The translations under genes and the position numbers were made by a program. A DNA stretch of 1,090 nt from Naegleria gruberi (taxonomy: Eukaryota), in assembly GCA_000004985.1 (NCBI GenBank), contig GG739566.1; one strand, 5' to 3'. Numbering within the stretch: the first letter of the stretch is position 1; each line of letters starts with the position of its first letter. The notes under the pieces are model-generated. The model had not been told where the DNA came from, did no database searches, and saw only the letters and a list, made by a program, of their open reading frames with translations. Positions 1 through 1,090 of this stretch are shown piece after piece.

Positions 1-1089
1 CGAATTACTTGGTGAGCTAATGTCTTCAGAACTAGGAGTTGCAATAACTTTGGATTCCTTTTGGACATTCTCTTCATTGTTTTCGGAATTCTTTGATTTT
101 TCTTTAAGTGAACGTTCATATCTTTGTCTTCTAGACAAACCATCTGATTCCATTGGAATATGTTCAAGAATTGGAGATTCGGATGATTGGGATGGTGTTT
201 CAGTTGTCATAGTCTTCTTCTTTTTCTTAAAGACGTGGCCTCTAGCTCTAGTCAATGCACTTAACTTATTTTTCTTATTAGTCTTCTTAGTTGGCTTTTT
301 ATCCTTCTTTCCCTTCTTATCAGTCTTCTTTGCACCAGTCTTCTTGTCAGTCTTTGATTTTTTACCGGTTTTCTTTTCAGTTGATTTCTTTGATTTTTTA
401 CCAGTTTTCTTTTCAGATGATTTCTTGGCAGACTTATCCTTCTTGGCAGATGGCTTCTTGTCAGACTTTTTAGTTGACTTGGTGACATCTTTCTTTGTTG
501 TCTTTCCCTTCAAACCAGTCTTCTTGGCATTAGTCTTTACACCAGACTTATCAGTGGTTTTCTTGGCAGTCTTCTTGGTATCAGTCTTTGGCTTACCAGT
601 TTTATCAGTTGACTTCTTGGCATTAGTCTTATTTTGAACAGACTTGGTTGTCATAGCTGGAGTCTTCTTTTCAGGAGCAGACTTTACTGTCTTTGCATCA
701 GTCTTCTTATCAGTAGTTTTCTTGGCACCAGTCTTTGGCAGACCAGATTTATCAGTTGACTTCTTGGCATCAGACTTCTTGGTATCGACAACAGGTTTAG
801 CTGGCTTGGTATCAACTGGCTTCTTTGTTGGTTTAGCAATTTCTTTTGGTGTGGCATCTGCCTTCTTTTCAGCTGCTTCAGTCTTGGCAACAGATTTCTT
901 TTCAACAGTTGGTTGTGCTACTGGTTTAAGGGCAGCTGAGGCAGATGATGATTGTTTCTTTGGAAGAACAGGACCTACAAAATCTTTATCACCTTCTTTT
1001 GGGAAAGATTTAGCAGGGTTCTTATTGTTGACAACAATTGGTGAGCCAACGGAAGCTGGCTTTGGTTGAACGGTTGGTTTAGAAACTGG
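1..1089 (-). CDS. Partial CDS, open at both ends (no start or stop in the window), encoding a lysine-rich, low-complexity repeat protein. It is probably an intrinsically disordered basic protein, for example a nucleolar/chromatin-type protein or a basic surface protein. The family is not identifiable without a database search.
   Basis: I checked every triplet in the minus-strand frame (codon starts congruent to 1 mod 3 on + coordinates) by hand and found no tta/cta/tca on the + strand across all 363 codons. The other two minus frames contain stops, for example tta at 5-7. Codon usage is coherent and biased: AAG much more frequent than AAA, ACT/ACC, CCA, GGT, CAA, GAA, and AGA for Arg. Composition is about 99 Lys in 363 aa. 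The imperfect peptide repeats keep the reading frame (periods of 36, 93 and 147 nt are all multiples of 3). The opposite-strand ORFs encode Phe/Leu/Val-rich nonsense typical of antisense shadows of an AAG/GAA-rich gene. Confidence 0.75.
355..426 (-). repeat. Direct tandem repeat of a 36-nt unit, two copies at 355-390 and 391-426, with 34/36 identity. It encodes a 12-aa lysine-rich unit (approximately EKKTGKKSKKST, two copies) inside the CDS.
   Basis: Direct comparison of tgattttttaccggttttcttttcagttgatttctt (355-390) with tgattttttaccagttttcttttcagatgatttctt (391-426) shows only two mismatches, at 367/403 and 381/417. Confidence 0.8.
519..780 (-). repeat. Imperfect in-frame repeats of a longer lysine-rich unit. 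Nucleotide matches are spaced 93 and 147 nt apart, and the peptide units are of the form xAKKSTDKxGxPKTxxK.
   Basis: The identical 20-mer atcagttgacttcttggcat occurs at 604-623 and 751-770, a spacing of 147 nt (49 codons). The 10-mer agtctttggc occurs at 583-592 and 730-739, also 147 nt apart. The 18-mer cttcttggcattagtctt occurs at 520-537 and 613-630, 93 nt apart. The translated units align as KKSDAKKSTDKSGLPKTGAK versus NKTNAKKSTDKTGKPKTDTK, about 13/20 identical. Confidence 0.65.
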
Positions 1090-1090
1090 T

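Noticed and set aside
291-473. 60-aa + strand ORF (MAFYPSFPSYQSS...).
   Set aside because: It is short, lies entirely inside the minus-strand CDS and has a low-complexity S/F/Q composition produced by the TTC/CTT repeats. There is no independent support.
261-488. 75-aa minus-strand ORF rich in Arg/Gln/Leu (MSPSQLKSLTRSHLPRRIS...). The ORF at 684-905 lies in the same frame.
   Set aside because: These are the +1 frame of the same repeat, reading AGAAGA/CAGAAG instead of AAGAAG. They are short, interrupted by stops and ATG-initiated only by chance. The neighbouring K-rich frame is open for the entire window and has consistent codon bias.
20-637. 205-aa + strand ORF (MSSELGVAITLDSFWTF...), extremely Phe/Leu/Val-rich.
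   Set aside because: It is the antisense shadow of the AAG/GAA-rich minus-strand gene. Its composition (poly-F/L from TTC/TTT/CTT) is implausible for a real protein and its codon usage is incoherent. It is an artefact of the absence of tta/cta/tca-complement stops in an AAG-rich gene.
652-654. In-frame ATG (MTTKSVQNK...) and a second MTT at 208-210 (MTTETPSQ...) that could be read as start codons.
   Set aside because: The frame is continuously open upstream of both sites, and the coding-type repeat structure and codon bias continue across them. There is no convincing RBS or promoter-like sequence upstream, so they are treated as internal Met residues.
727-741. The LPKTG pentapeptide (minus strand, codons 741->727) matches the LPXTG sortase cell-wall sorting motif.
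   Set aside because: A genuine sorting signal sits at the C-terminus and is followed by a hydrophobic membrane-spanning segment and a short basic tail. Here it is followed by another roughly 240 residues of highly charged sequence (AKKTTDKKTDAKTVKSAPEKK...) with no hydrophobic stretch, and the codon usage suggests a eukaryote. It is most likely a chance match within the repeat unit, although Leu is rare in this protein, so it is worth re-checking if the organism proves to be a Gram-positive bacterium.
644-1069. 141-aa + strand ORF (MVVIAGVFFSGADFTVFASVFLS...).
   Set aside because: It is in the same frame as the 20-637 shadow ORF, separated from it by a single stop. It is likewise the antisense read of the lysine-rich gene and is not supported as coding.
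1-1090. Search for CRISPR repeats, tRNA/rRNA, IS inverted repeats, and promoter or rho-independent terminator structures.
   Set aside because: The short direct repeats present are all in-frame coding repeats of unequal spacing with no spacer-like unique intervals. There is no GC-rich stem-loop followed by a T-tract in a non-coding context, since the whole window is coding. No RNA-gene-like conserved motifs were recognised.

Overview
The window is essentially one thing: a single reading frame on the minus strand (codons occupy + positions 1-3, 4-6, ... 1087-1089) that is open for all 363 codons, with no stop anywhere. Both ends of the gene therefore lie outside the window. Read 1089->1, the translation is a highly basic, low-complexity protein that I count at about 27% lysine, rich in Thr/Ser/Asp/Ala/Pro, with almost no aromatic residues, no Cys and no Trp: PVSKPTVQPKPASVGSPIVVNNKNPAKSFPKEGDKDFVGPVLPKKQSSSASAALKPVAQPTVEKKSVAKTEAAEKKADATPKEIAKPTKKPVDTKPAKPVVDTKKSDAKKSTDKSGLPKTGAKKTTDKKTDAKTVKSAPEKKTPAMTTKSVQNKTNAKKSTDKTGKPKTDTKKTAKKTTDKSGVKTNAKKTGLKGKTTKKDVTKSTKKSDKKPSAKKDKSAKKSSEKKTGKKSKKSTEKKTGKKSKTDKKTGAKKTDKKGKKDKKPTKKTNKKNKLSALTRARGHVFKKKKKTMTTETPSQSSESPILEHIPMESDGLSRRQRYERSLKEKSKNSENNEENVQKESKVIATPSSEDISSPSNS. 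The protein is modular. The N-terminal side is a Pro/Ala/Val/Lys segment resembling a histone-H1 tail. The middle is an imperfectly tandem-repeated K/T/S/D domain with nucleotide repeat periods of 36, about 93 and 147 nt. The C-terminal side is an acidic, Ser-rich tail. Codon choice looks more like a budding-yeast-type eukaryote than a typical bacterium: AGA for Arg, CCA for Pro, GGT for Gly, CAA for Gln, GAA for Glu, AAG over AAA, TTG, and ACT/ACC. The window may therefore not be prokaryotic at all. All four tracked ATG-initiated ORFs are frame-shifted or antisense shadows of this gene. I see no rRNA/tRNA, CRISPR array, mobile element, promoter or terminator. I see no evidence of a multi-gene 'system', and the only undescribed element I can point to is this unidentified disordered lysine-rich repeat protein; I cannot name the gene from memory.
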